Below, piece by piece: positions 16,744-25,616 of a DNA stretch of 40,417 bases (the first letter of the stretch is position 1; every line of letters starts with the position of its first letter). Both the position numbers and the translations under genes were made by a program. Source of the stretch: Candidatus Woesearchaeota archaeon (GTDB taxonomy: Archaea; Nanobdellota; Nanobdellia; Pacearchaeales; GW2011-AR1); assembly GCA_964608525.1 (NCBI GenBank), contig CAZSNJ010000001.1, forward strand, positions 31,639 through 72,055, in the 5' to 3' direction. The notes under the pieces are model-generated. The model saw only the letters and a list, made by a program, of their open reading frames with translations, was not told the DNA's origin and did not search any database.

Positions 16744-17607
16744 ATGTTAGAGATGATTATTAATCCAAAGAATACTGATGGCGGAGAATGGAAAATGTTT
16801 TTTGTTGGACTTATTTATGCATCATTATCTCTTTTACTTGTTAAATGGTTTTTTGCAGGCGATGCTGTTTTATCAAAATTTTCAGGAATGATTGTAGTTA
16901 CATTTTGTGTTATGTTTTCCTTACCTTACATATACTATATAATAAAAAGAGAGGAAGTAGAAGATGAGGAAGTAGAAGGATTTTTTAGTGTATGGAGAAC
17001 CCACAAGGATGCAATTTATGCTTTTATGTGGTTATTTTTTGGATTTATTGTTGCATTTTCTATGTTAAATGTTTTTTTGCAAGATCCAAATTTATTCAAT
17101 GCACAAATAGAAACATATTGTATGATAAATAATCCTGGAAATATTGAAAATTGTGTTAACTTAAATAGCATTACTGGAAATGTAATAGAAATTACAGGAG
17201 ATTCTACAAATGCAGGACGATTTTTATCAATTCTTGAAAATAATGTTTATGTTATGATTTTTACTTTAATATTTTCTTTAATTTTTGGTGCAGGAGCAAT
17301 ATTTGTTCTTGCATGGAATGCTAGTGTTATTGCTGCAGCTATTGGAATTTTTACAAAATATCAAGTAAGTGGTATCCCTCTTGGACTTACAAGATATATG
17401 ATTCATGGTTTTCCTGAAATTGCAGCTTATTTTATAACAGCTCTTGCAGGAGGAATTTTTGGTGTTGGAGTAATTAGAAATGGTATAAAAGATAAAAAAT
17501 TCTTAAGATTAGTTGAGAATGTAGTTATTTTACTTTTTATTGCCTTAATTATTCTTGTAATTGCAGCAGTAATTGAAGTTTATTTTACTCCTACTTTGTT
17601 TAGATAA
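16744..17607 (+). CDS. SpoIIM/DUF95-like integral membrane protein
   Basis: Multi-TM. The C-terminal half (NASVIAAAIGIF ... YMIHGFPEIAAYFITALAGGIFG) resembles the stage II sporulation protein M family. Confidence 0.65.
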   Translation: MLEMIINPKNTDGGEWKMFFVGLIYASLSLLLVKWFFAGDAVLSKFSGMIVVTFCVMFSLPYIYYIIKREEVEDEEVEGFFSVWRTHKDAIYAFMWLFFGFIVAFSMLNVFLQDPNLFNAQIETYCMINNPGNIENCVNLNSITGNVIEITGDSTNAGRFLSILENNVYVMIFTLIFSLIFGAGAIFVLAWNASVIAAAIGIFTKYQVSGIPLGLTRYMIHGFPEIAAYFITALAGGIFGVGVIRNGIKDKKFLRLVENVVILLFIALIILVIAAVIEVYFTPTLFR

Positions 17608-17609
17608 AG

Positions 17610-17623
17610 AAATCTTTAAATAC
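17610..17623 (+). promoter_or_regulatory. BRE/TATA-like box, leaderless geometry
   Basis: aaatctttaaatac. Its 3' end is exactly 21 nt from the ATG at 17644. Confidence 0.45.
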
Positions 17624-17643
17624 AACTCTTTTTTCCATAAAGT

Positions 17644-17775
17644 ATGGCAGGATTTGTATGCAAAAATTGTAATTATCGATTTAAATCAGAAAAAATAAAT
17701 GAAATTTGTCCGTATTGTGGAAAAAAAGAATTAATAAAAGAGCCAAGTGCTGAAGATTTATTAAAAGAGGAGTAA
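17644..17775 (+). CDS. small zinc-ribbon protein
   Basis: Hand-translated 43 aa: MAGFVCKNCNYRFKSEKINEICPYCGKKELIKEPSAEDLLKEE. It has CxxC-x14-CxxC, its own promoter box, and ends 15 nt before aglB, which has no box of its own. Confidence 0.6.
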   Translation: MAGFVCKNCNYRFKSEKINEICPYCGKKELIKEPSAEDLLKEE

Positions 17776-17790
17776 TTTTCTCATAAAACA

Positions 17791-20559
17791 ATGGAAAAAG
17801 AAAATATGTCAAAAGATGAAATAGAGAAAAGAAAAGAGAAAGTATTTAATTTTTTAAAGCAAAAAAAAGATTGGATATATTATTTAATTTTATCATTTAT
17901 TGTATATATTGGTTTTTATATTAGAACAAGAAATATTCCAAGATTAAAAGATATAACCACTGGAACATGGACTTTGGGACCTGATTTAGATCCTTTTTTA
18001 TTTTTAAGATGGGCAGAGCATATTGTTGAAAATGGAAGTTTAATGATCTGGGATAATATAAGATATATCCCTTTAGGATATAATACTGCTGGAGAAATGA
18101 AACTTTTAGCATATATGATTGCATGGTTTCATAATTTTCTATCAATTTTTTCAAAAGAAATTACAGTTACCTATTCTGCAATTATATTTCCTGCAGTAAT
18201 GTTTGCACTCACAACAATTGCTTTTTTTCTTTTTGCAAGAATTATATTTTACAAAGAAAATAAAGAAACAAGAAATATAATTGCCTTAATTGCAACTAGC
18301 TTTTTTGTACTTATTCCCTCATTATTGCCAAGAACAATTGCTGGAATTCCTGAAAAAGAATCAGCTGCTTTCTTTTTTATGTTTATTGCATTTTATTTTT
18401 TCATGAAGGCATTTAATTCAGATAAATTAAAAAAAGGTATAATTTTTGGAATTCTTGCAGGAATTTCTACTGCTTCAATGGCTTTAATTTGGGGAGGGGT
18501 TCTTTTTATATTCTTTACAATTTCAACTTCTGTTTTACTAGCATTTATCTTAGGAAAAGTTAAAAAAAATGAATTAATTATTTATGCTACCTGGATGATT
18601 ACTTCTTTTATTGTAATGATGCCCTTTTCTACAAGATATGTTTTACAAAATTTAGTTATGTCAATATCCACTGGATCTGTTATTGGTGTTTTTGTAATTA
18701 TGAGTTTAAGTTTATTAATTATGAAAACAAATAAACTAGATGAAATAAAAAAGAAAACAAAACTTCCAGATGAGCTATTTTCTGTGATTATTTCTATATT
18801 AGTTTTAATTATAATTGTTTTTATTAGTCTTGGTCCGAGTTTTATTTTTGAACAAGTGCATAATGTAAAAAGTTCATTAATTCAGCCAGTGGAAAATAGA
18901 TTTAGTTTAACAGTTGCGGAAAATAAACAACCTTATTTCTTAAATGATTGGAAAAGTAATTTTGGACCAATTGTATTTAACATTCCACTATTCTTCTGGT
19001 TATTTTTTATTGGTTCTATATATTTATTTAATAATATGATAAAGAAATTAAAGAAAAGGGAAAAAATAACCTTGACATTTAGTTATTTTATCTTCTTAAC
19101 TTGCTTAATATTTAGCAGATATGTATCTGGAGGAACTTTAGATGGGACAAACAGATTAAGCTTACTAGTTTATTTTGGAGGATGGTTATTCTTTCTAGGA
19201 ACATTTGGATATTTTTATTATAAAATATATAATGAAGGAGATTTTTCTTTATTTAAGGAATTTAATTTCAATTATATCCTATATTCACTAATTTTAACAC
19301 TCGGAATTATTGGAGCAAGAGGAGGAATAAGATTAATTATGGTTCTTGGAGCAGTAAGTCCAGTTGTTATTGGTTTTTTAATTGTTAAAATATCTAAAAA
19401 ATATTTTGAAGAAAAAGATGATGCAAGGAAACTTTTTATTGGAATCGCTGCAGTGTTAATTTTAATTGCTACAATATTAACTTTAATTGGAAATCCATTT
19501 TTAATGCTTAAGGGAGATAGTTTTTGGGGTTGGGGAGGATATTATCAACAAGATAAAATTACTGCAGAAAACTTTGCTCCAGGTCCATACCAATGGCAAT
19601 GGCAAAAAGCAATGAGTTGGGTAAGAAATAATACATCTGAAGATGCTGTTTTTGCTCACTGGTGGGACTATGGTTATTGGCTACAATCAATTGGAAAAAG
19701 ATCAACTATTCTTGATGGAGGAAATGCAATAGCATATTGGAATCACTTAATGGGAAGGCATGTTTTAACAGGAGATGATGAAACTAAGGCACTAGAGTTT
19801 TTATATACTCACAATGGAACTCACCTTTTAATTGATTCTACTGAAATTGGAAAATATACAGCATATTCAAGTATTGGTTCAGATGAAAACTATGATAGAA
19901 TTTCATGGATTACTATTTTTTTAATGGATGAAAAACAAACACAGGAAACCAAAAATGAAACACTTTATATTTATACTGGTGGAACTGTTGTCGATGAAGA
20001 TATAATATGGGAACAGGATGGAAAAGAAATATTTTTACCTAAAAGAAGAGCAGGAATTGGAGCAATTATTTTAAGACAAGATCAGGATGGAGTAATTTTA
20101 CAACCAGAAGCAATATATGTAGATAATGGACGACAATATAGAATTCCTTTAAGATTTGCATATTTTAATAATGAATTACATGATTTTAATAGTGGATTAG
20201 ATGCAGGTATTTTCTTATTTCCAAAATTAGATCAATTACCTGATGGGAGAAGTAATCTTAATGATATAGGTTCAGCAATGTACTTAAGCAGAAGAACTAT
20301 TCATTCTCACTTAGCTAATTTATATTTATTTGATAAAAAAACAAATTATTTTAATCTTATTCACACTGAAAATAATTTAGTTATTGAAAATTTATTGCAA
20401 CAGGGAGTTGATATAGGAGACTTTGTATATTTTCAAGGATTTCAAGGACCAATTAAGGTTTGGGAAATTAAATACCCTGCAAATATCAAATCAAATCCAG
20501 CTTATTTGGAAACAGATTATCCAGAAGAATTACAGGAAGTAAAACAAGGAGAATATTAA
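17791..20559 (+). CDS. aglB: archaeal oligosaccharyltransferase AglB (STT3 family)
   Basis: 922 aa with a multi-TM N-terminal half and a soluble C-terminal domain carrying the diagnostic WWDYG motif (FAHWWDYGYWLQS). Confidence 0.92.
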   Translation: MEKENMSKDEIEKRKEKVFNFLKQKKDWIYYLILSFIVYIGFYIRTRNIPRLKDITTGTWTLGPDLDPFLFLRWAEHIVENGSLMIWDNIRYIPLGYNTAGEMKLLAYMIAWFHNFLSIFSKEITVTYSAIIFPAVMFALTTIAFFLFARIIFYKENKETRNIIALIATSFFVLIPSLLPRTIAGIPEKESAAFFFMFIAFYFFMKAFNSDKLKKGIIFGILAGISTASMALIWGGVLFIFFTISTSVLLAFILGKVKKNELIIYATWMITSFIVMMPFSTRYVLQNLVMSISTGSVIGVFVIMSLSLLIMKTNKLDEIKKKTKLPDELFSVIISILVLIIIVFISLGPSFIFEQVHNVKSSLIQPVENRFSLTVAENKQPYFLNDWKSNFGPIVFNIPLFFWLFFIGSIYLFNNMIKKLKKREKITLTFSYFIFLTCLIFSRYVSGGTLDGTNRLSLLVYFGGWLFFLGTFGYFYYKIYNEGDFSLFKEFNFNYILYSLILTLGIIGARGGIRLIMVLGAVSPVVIGFLIVKISKKYFEEKDDARKLFIGIAAVLILIATILTLIGNPFLMLKGDSFWGWGGYYQQDKITAENFAPGPYQWQWQKAMSWVRNNTSEDAVFAHWWDYGYWLQSIGKRSTILDGGNAIAYWNHLMGRHVLTGDDETKALEFLYTHNGTHLLIDSTEIGKYTAYSSIGSDENYDRISWITIFLMDEKQTQETKNETLYIYTGGTVVDEDIIWEQDGKEIFLPKRRAGIGAIILRQDQDGVILQPEAIYVDNGRQYRIPLRFAYFNNELHDFNSGLDAGIFLFPKLDQLPDGRSNLNDIGSAMYLSRRTIHSHLANLYLFDKKTNYFNLIHTENNLVIENLLQQGVDIGDFVYFQGFQGPIKVWEIKYPANIKSNPAYLETDYPEELQEVKQGEY

Positions 20560-20560
20560 A

Positions 20561-21556
20561 ATGGAACCATTATTAATTATCCCATTAATTTTAAGTTTTT
20601 TAATTACTTTATTTTTCATACCCGCATGGATTAAAAAAGCAAGACAAATCAAACTTGTCTGGGAGGATATGAATAAAAAAAACAAAACTAAGAAAATTGC
20701 AGGATCTGGGGGAATTGTTGTTGTTTTTGGATTTATTTTAGGTGTTCTAATTTATGTTGCATTAAAAACATTTTATTTTAATTCAACAGAAAATCTAATT
20801 GAAGTATTTGCTATTTTAACATCAATTTTAATAATCTCTGTTGTAGGTTTAATTGATGATCTTTTTGGGTGGCAAAAAGGAGGCTTATCTAAAAGATCAA
20901 GAATAATTTTATTTTTATTTGCAGCAATTCCATTAATTGTTATAAATGCTGGAGAATCCAGCATGATTGGAATTGAATTTGGATTATTATATCCTTTATT
21001 TCTAGTGCCACTTGGAATTATTGGAGCATCAGCAACATATAATTTTCTTGCAGGATATAATGGACTTGAAGCAAGTCAAGGAATTATAATTTTATCTTCA
21101 TTATCTTTAGTTACTCTTCTTATGGGCAATGGTTGGTTAAGTTTAATCTCTCTAATAATGGTTATTTGTTTAATTGCATTTTATATGTTTAATAAATATC
21201 CCTCAAAAATATTTCCTGGAGATGTTTTAACTTACTCAATTGGAACCTTAATTGCAATAATTGCTATTTTAGGGAATATAGAAAAAATTGCAGTATTTAT
21301 TTTCATTCCATATATTCTTGAAACAATATTAAAAGTAAGAGGAAAACTAAAAAAATACAGTTTTGCTAAAATAAATAAGGATGGAAGTTTAGATGTTCCT
21401 TATAAAAAATTCTATGGAGTAGAACATATATCTATTTATTTATTAAAAAAATTCAAAGATAAAGTTCATGAAAAAGATGTGGTTTATTTAATAAATTCAT
21501 TCCAGATAGTCATAATTATTATAGCATTTATTTTATTCGGGGGAGAAATATTTTAA
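20561..21556 (+). CDS. GT4-family polyprenyl-phosphate GlcNAc-1-phosphate transferase (Alg7/AglH/WecA-like)
   Basis: Multi-TM. Blocks VGLIDDLFG and NFLAGYNGLEASQG are typical of the MraY/WecA/GPT superfamily. 1-nt gap after aglB. Confidence 0.85.
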   Translation: MEPLLIIPLILSFLITLFFIPAWIKKARQIKLVWEDMNKKNKTKKIAGSGGIVVVFGFILGVLIYVALKTFYFNSTENLIEVFAILTSILIISVVGLIDDLFGWQKGGLSKRSRIILFLFAAIPLIVINAGESSMIGIEFGLLYPLFLVPLGIIGASATYNFLAGYNGLEASQGIIILSSLSLVTLLMGNGWLSLISLIMVICLIAFYMFNKYPSKIFPGDVLTYSIGTLIAIIAILGNIEKIAVFIFIPYILETILKVRGKLKKYSFAKINKDGSLDVPYKKFYGVEHISIYLLKKFKDKVHEKDVVYLINSFQIVIIIIAFILFGGEIF

Positions 21557-22488
21557 TGAAAATAAAAAAATACCTTCCAATAATAGGAATTATTATTTTT
21601 CTATATATATTATTTAAATTAGATTTATCAAATATTTTAAAAGAAATTAGTAATTCAAATATAAATTTTTTATTAATTGCAATATTTCTTATATTTATCT
21701 CATTTATTACTCAAACATTAAAGTGGTTTACAATTGCCAAAATTCAATTAACAAATATTTCATTTATTGAAGCATTTAAAATTAATATAATGAGCATGTT
21801 TTATGGTTTTATTACTCCTTCAAGAATAGGGGGAATTATAAGAGCAGAATACTTAAGGAAATATAATAACAATAATCTTGGAAAAGGTGTTAGCAATTAT
21901 GTTTTAGATAAGGTCTTAGATTTATGTTCTTTAGCTTTTATTGCAGGATTATTTTCATTTATGTTTAAAGATTTGGTCGCAATTAATTACTTTGATTATT
22001 CTTTATTAGTATTTATATTAATTGTAATTTTTCTAATAATATTTAGAGATAAAAAAAGAAGCATGAAATTTTTAAGAATCATCTATATCAAATTAGTTCC
22101 AAAAAAGATGAAAGAAAAAGTAAAAAATGGCTTTAATTCATTTTACCAAGATATGCCTAAAAAAAGATATTTTATTTTATTTTTCTTATTAAATATCTTG
22201 AATTGGATTGTTTTATATGCATCTACCTTCTTTATAGGAATTTCACTTGGAATAAATATTTCTTTTTATTATTTCCTTGCAATTCTTCCAATTGCTGCAC
22301 TTATCGGTCAAATACCAATAACTATAAGTGGATTTGGAACAAGAGAAGCTGTAATGATTAGTCTATTTGGGTTAATTGGAATAAGTGCGACAAAAGTGTT
22401 TTCAATGTCATTAATTAGTATATTCTTTGCAGGAGTGATTCCTACCCTAATAGGAAGCTTTTTAATTTTCAAAAATAAAGAAAAATAG
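21556..22488 (+). CDS. flippase-like / LPG-synthase-TM (UPF0104) family membrane protein
   Basis: 310 aa, about 8 TM helices. FYGFITPSRIGGIIRAEYL and a PxxxSGFGTREA-like block (IPITISGFGTREAV). 1-nt overlap with the previous gene. Confidence 0.6.
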   Translation: MKIKKYLPIIGIIIFLYILFKLDLSNILKEISNSNINFLLIAIFLIFISFITQTLKWFTIAKIQLTNISFIEAFKINIMSMFYGFITPSRIGGIIRAEYLRKYNNNNLGKGVSNYVLDKVLDLCSLAFIAGLFSFMFKDLVAINYFDYSLLVFILIVIFLIIFRDKKRSMKFLRIIYIKLVPKKMKEKVKNGFNSFYQDMPKKRYFILFFLLNILNWIVLYASTFFIGISLGINISFYYFLAILPIAALIGQIPITISGFGTREAVMISLFGLIGISATKVFSMSLISIFFAGVIPTLIGSFLIFKNKEK

Positions 22489-23247
22489 ATGGAAAAAGTA
22501 AGCATAATAATCCCTGCACATAATGAAGAAAAAAGAATTGGGAGAACTCTAAAAGAATATATCTCTTATTTTAAAAGAAAAAAACTTAATTTTCAGATAA
22601 TTGTTGTTTTAAATGCATGTTCAGATAACACTCTTAAAATTGTTAAAAAATACAAAGAATTAGAAATTTTAAATTTCAAACAAGGTGGAAAAGGATTTGC
22701 AATTATTGAAGGATTTAAAAAAGCTTTGAAGAAAAAGAGTAATTTAATTGGATTTGTTGATGCAGACATGGCAACTCCGCCAGTTGCATTTTATGATTTA
22801 ATTAAGAATATTGAAAATAATGATGGAGTTATAGCAAATAGATGGGACAAAAAGAGTTATGTTAAAACACCTCAGACAATTCTTAGGAGAATTATTGGAC
22901 GTGGATTTAATTTAATTGTTAAAATATTGTTTCTTTTACCTCATCAAGATACTCAATGTGGGGCAAAGTTGTTTAGAAGAGAATTACTCGAAAAGATTAT
23001 TCCAAAATTAGGATCAAGTGAATGGAGTTTTGATGTTGATTTATTATTCTATGCAAGAAGAGAAAAAGCTAAAATAAGATCAATTCCAACTATTTGGAAT
23101 GATCAAAAGGGATCAAAAATAAATCTTAAAAAAAATATCCTAACAATGTTTTTATCTATTGTTAGATTAAGACTTGTTCACTCTCACTTGAATTTTATTG
23201 TAAGATTTTATAGAAAATTACCTAATTGGATGAGAGTTCATAATTAA
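22489..23247 (+). CDS. GT2 dolichyl-phosphate hexosyltransferase (Alg5/Dpm1-like)
   Basis: Blocks VSIIIPAHNEE, FVDADMATPP (DxD) and DTQCGAKLFRR are typical of Dol-P-Glc/Man synthases. It abuts the previous gene with no gap. Confidence 0.8.
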   Translation: MEKVSIIIPAHNEEKRIGRTLKEYISYFKRKKLNFQIIVVLNACSDNTLKIVKKYKELEILNFKQGGKGFAIIEGFKKALKKKSNLIGFVDADMATPPVAFYDLIKNIENNDGVIANRWDKKSYVKTPQTILRRIIGRGFNLIVKILFLLPHQDTQCGAKLFRRELLEKIIPKLGSSEWSFDVDLLFYARREKAKIRSIPTIWNDQKGSKINLKKNILTMFLSIVRLRLVHSHLNFIVRFYRKLPNWMRVHN

Positions 23248-23283
23248 TAAAATATATTTAAATGATTAATTCTTTTATATTTA

Positions 23284-23826
23284 ATGCCAAATCCAATAAC
23301 TCATATTTTAATTACAATAATTTTAATAGAACTTTTTAGAGAGTATTTTATAAAAGATAATAGAAAATTTCCAAGATACTATATCTTAATTGCTGCCTTT
23401 GCAGGAATAATCCCTGATCTAGATTTATTAGCATATTATGTTCTTTACTTTTTTGGATTTGGTGTCGAGCAAATTCATAGGACATTTCTTCATTCTTTAT
23501 TTATTCCTTTAATCTTATTTTTAATTGGAATAATGATCTTAAAATTTGGTGTTAAAATAAAATTTTTAAGAAAACATCATATAAAATTATCTGTCGTGTT
23601 TTTTATTTTTACTGCTGGAAACCTTGTCCATTTAATATTAGATTCAATTATTACAGGAAAAATTATTCCCTTTTATCCCTTGCTAGATTATTCAATTGGA
23701 TTAAACATTATTTCAAATTTTCCTGAAGGGCTTCAGTGGATGATTAGTCATACAATAGATGTTCTTCTTTTATTCTTTTGGATATTTTGGATGGAATTTA
23801 AGTTGAAGATTAGAGATTATTTTTAA
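23284..23826 (+). CDS. membrane-bound metal-dependent hydrolase-like protein (DUF457/YdjM-like)
   Basis: The N-terminal PITHIL, IPDLDLL and HRTFLHS blocks in a polytopic membrane protein match that family pattern. Confidence 0.6.
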   Translation: MPNPITHILITIILIELFREYFIKDNRKFPRYYILIAAFAGIIPDLDLLAYYVLYFFGFGVEQIHRTFLHSLFIPLILFLIGIMILKFGVKIKFLRKHHIKLSVVFFIFTAGNLVHLILDSIITGKIIPFYPLLDYSIGLNIISNFPEGLQWMISHTIDVLLLFFWIFWMEFKLKIRDYF

Positions 23827-23830
23827 TTCC

Positions 23831-23862
23831 ATAATAGTAACAATATAGAAAGATTTAAAAAG
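23831..23862 (+). promoter_or_regulatory. shared upstream motif ATAATAGTAACAAT plus BRE/TATA-like box
   Basis: ataatagtaacaat at 23831-23844 is identical to 37759-37772. The box aaagatttaaaaag at 23849-23862 ends exactly 21 nt from the ATG at 23883. Confidence 0.5.
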
Positions 23863-23882
23863 ATAAAATAAATGATAAGAAG

Positions 23883-24281
23883 ATGGATAAAAAAATAAAT
23901 CCTTCAATAAGACAAATTAATAATCTTGTTAGCAAATCATTTGGACCTTTTTGCAGAGGAAACTGGAAAATGTATTCAGGAGGAAATTATGGTAGTCCAA
24001 CAACAGAAAAAATAAAGAAACCTAATTTAATAGGTAGGATATGGACGCTTTTACCTTTTCCTCCCTTATGTATTCCTCTTCCATCAGTATACATTCCTTT
24101 AATCTCAAATTTATTTGGTCCTATTGCAACAAAAGGAAAATTTACTTCTGAAGATGGTTCTTCATTAGTTGTAAAACCTAAATACGAAAAAAGTGCAGAG
24201 AGATATTCTGAATTATATAAAGAGATATTTGGAAAGCCTGTTGAGATCAGAGTCTCTGAGAATATTCCTTATTATGGTTAG
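23883..24281 (+). CDS. hypothetical protein, paralog 1 of a tandem pair
   Basis: 132 aa. Shares the SFG..G(N/D)W, Pro-rich hydrophobic and FT(S/D)EDGSSL(V/I)VK.KY blocks with the next ORF. Confidence 0.6.
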   Translation: MDKKINPSIRQINNLVSKSFGPFCRGNWKMYSGGNYGSPTTEKIKKPNLIGRIWTLLPFPPLCIPLPSVYIPLISNLFGPIATKGKFTSEDGSSLVVKPKYEKSAERYSELYKEIFGKPVEIRVSENIPYYG

Positions 24282-24336
24282 TAAAACCTTCTAAAACGAA
24301 CAAAAACATATAAATAATTAATAACAAACAAAATTT

Positions 24337-24708
24337 ATGAAACCAATAACTAAAGAGGAAGTAAATTCTTTAATTAAAAACTCTTTTGGAATGCTTTATA
24401 ATGGAGATTGGACAACAAATCATGAAATGCGTTCTGGAATGCCTGATTTTAGAACAAAAAAATTAGAACGTATTGCAAAATTATCTCTTCTGTCTATATT
24501 TCCCCCATTTCCTATTTCTCACGATGTCGGGATTTTTACTGATGAAGATGGTTCTTCTTTAATTGTTAAGGAAAAATACTTAAAAGAAGCTAGAGAATAT
24601 GCAAGATTATATAAGAAGGAAACAGGAATAAAAGTATCTATTACAAGTTGCCAAAATAAAGCTGAATTAAAAGATTTTGGATATCTTCCACTTGAAAAAT
24701 GTTATTAA
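24337..24708 (+). CDS. hypothetical protein, paralog 2 of a tandem pair
   Basis: 123 aa with the same conserved blocks as 23883..24281. Its 3' end overlaps the PHP gene start by 10 nt. Confidence 0.6.
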   Translation: MKPITKEEVNSLIKNSFGMLYNGDWTTNHEMRSGMPDFRTKKLERIAKLSLLSIFPPFPISHDVGIFTDEDGSSLIVKEKYLKEAREYARLYKKETGIKVSITSCQNKAELKDFGYLPLEKCY

Positions 24709-25577
24709 AAAATATTAAAGCAGATTTGCATATGCATGGACCAATAGGACTTCAAAAATATTGGCTAAAAAGTCAAGGATACGGGATAACAAATCCATTA
24801 GAAGAAATATCTAAACATTGTTTTGATAAAAATATTGAAATTTGTGCAATTACAAGTGATGAAAATGAAATTCCTAGAAATTCTGTTCATGATAGATTTA
24901 ATTGGCTTAAAAATAATTGTATAAAAAATTTACCTGAAAATTATAAAACTGGAGATATTGGGAAAAACATCTTAGTCGTTAATCATAAAAATAAACAATT
25001 CTACCTTATCAATGGACAAACTGTTAGAGCAAAAGATAATGGAAGACAAGTTGATCATTTAGTTATAGGGAGTAATAATATCTCAATTGGACAAAGTTTG
25101 GATTATACTCTTAAACATATCCAAGACAAAAACTTAATTTCAATTGCAGAACACCCTTTATGTATATCTCACGGGGGAATTGGTAAGAAAAATCTAGAAA
25201 AAATATTACCCTATATTACTGCAATTGAAGGGCATAATTCTCAACTTATCTTTGGAAATTCTTTAGATAAACTGCCTATATTTAAGAATTATAGTAAGAA
25301 AATTAATGAACAAACAAAAAGATTTGCAAAAGATCATAAAAAACCATGGATTGCAACATCAGATGCTCATAGAATTGAAGATTTAGGAATCTCTTATATT
25401 GAGTTTAGTTCAGAATTACTTGATATAAGGAATGAAGAAGCATTTTTAGAAAGTCTAAAAAATATAATTAGATCTAATAATTTCACTAAACATTGTGCAT
25501 ATGAAAATACAATAAATTGGATAAATTGGGTTTCAAAATTTATTATTGGGACTAAATTAGGGAAAGATAAAGAATAA
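24699..25577 (+). CDS. PHP-domain metal-dependent phosphoesterase
   Basis: Blocks KADLHMHG, IAEHP, IEGHNS and ATSDAH occur in the order expected for PHP-family metal ligands. Confidence 0.7.
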   Translation: MLLKNIKADLHMHGPIGLQKYWLKSQGYGITNPLEEISKHCFDKNIEICAITSDENEIPRNSVHDRFNWLKNNCIKNLPENYKTGDIGKNILVVNHKNKQFYLINGQTVRAKDNGRQVDHLVIGSNNISIGQSLDYTLKHIQDKNLISIAEHPLCISHGGIGKKNLEKILPYITAIEGHNSQLIFGNSLDKLPIFKNYSKKINEQTKRFAKDHKKPWIATSDAHRIEDLGISYIEFSSELLDIRNEEAFLESLKNIIRSNNFTKHCAYENTINWINWVSKFIIGTKLGKDKE

Positions 25578-25582
25578 TGCAT

Positions 25583-25596
25583 AAATCTTTATAATA
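25583..25596 (+). promoter_or_regulatory. BRE/TATA-like box, leaderless geometry
   Basis: aaatctttataata. Its 3' end is exactly 21 nt from the ATG at 25617. Confidence 0.4.
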
Positions 25597-25616
25597 CCTT
25601 TAATTTACCTTAAATC

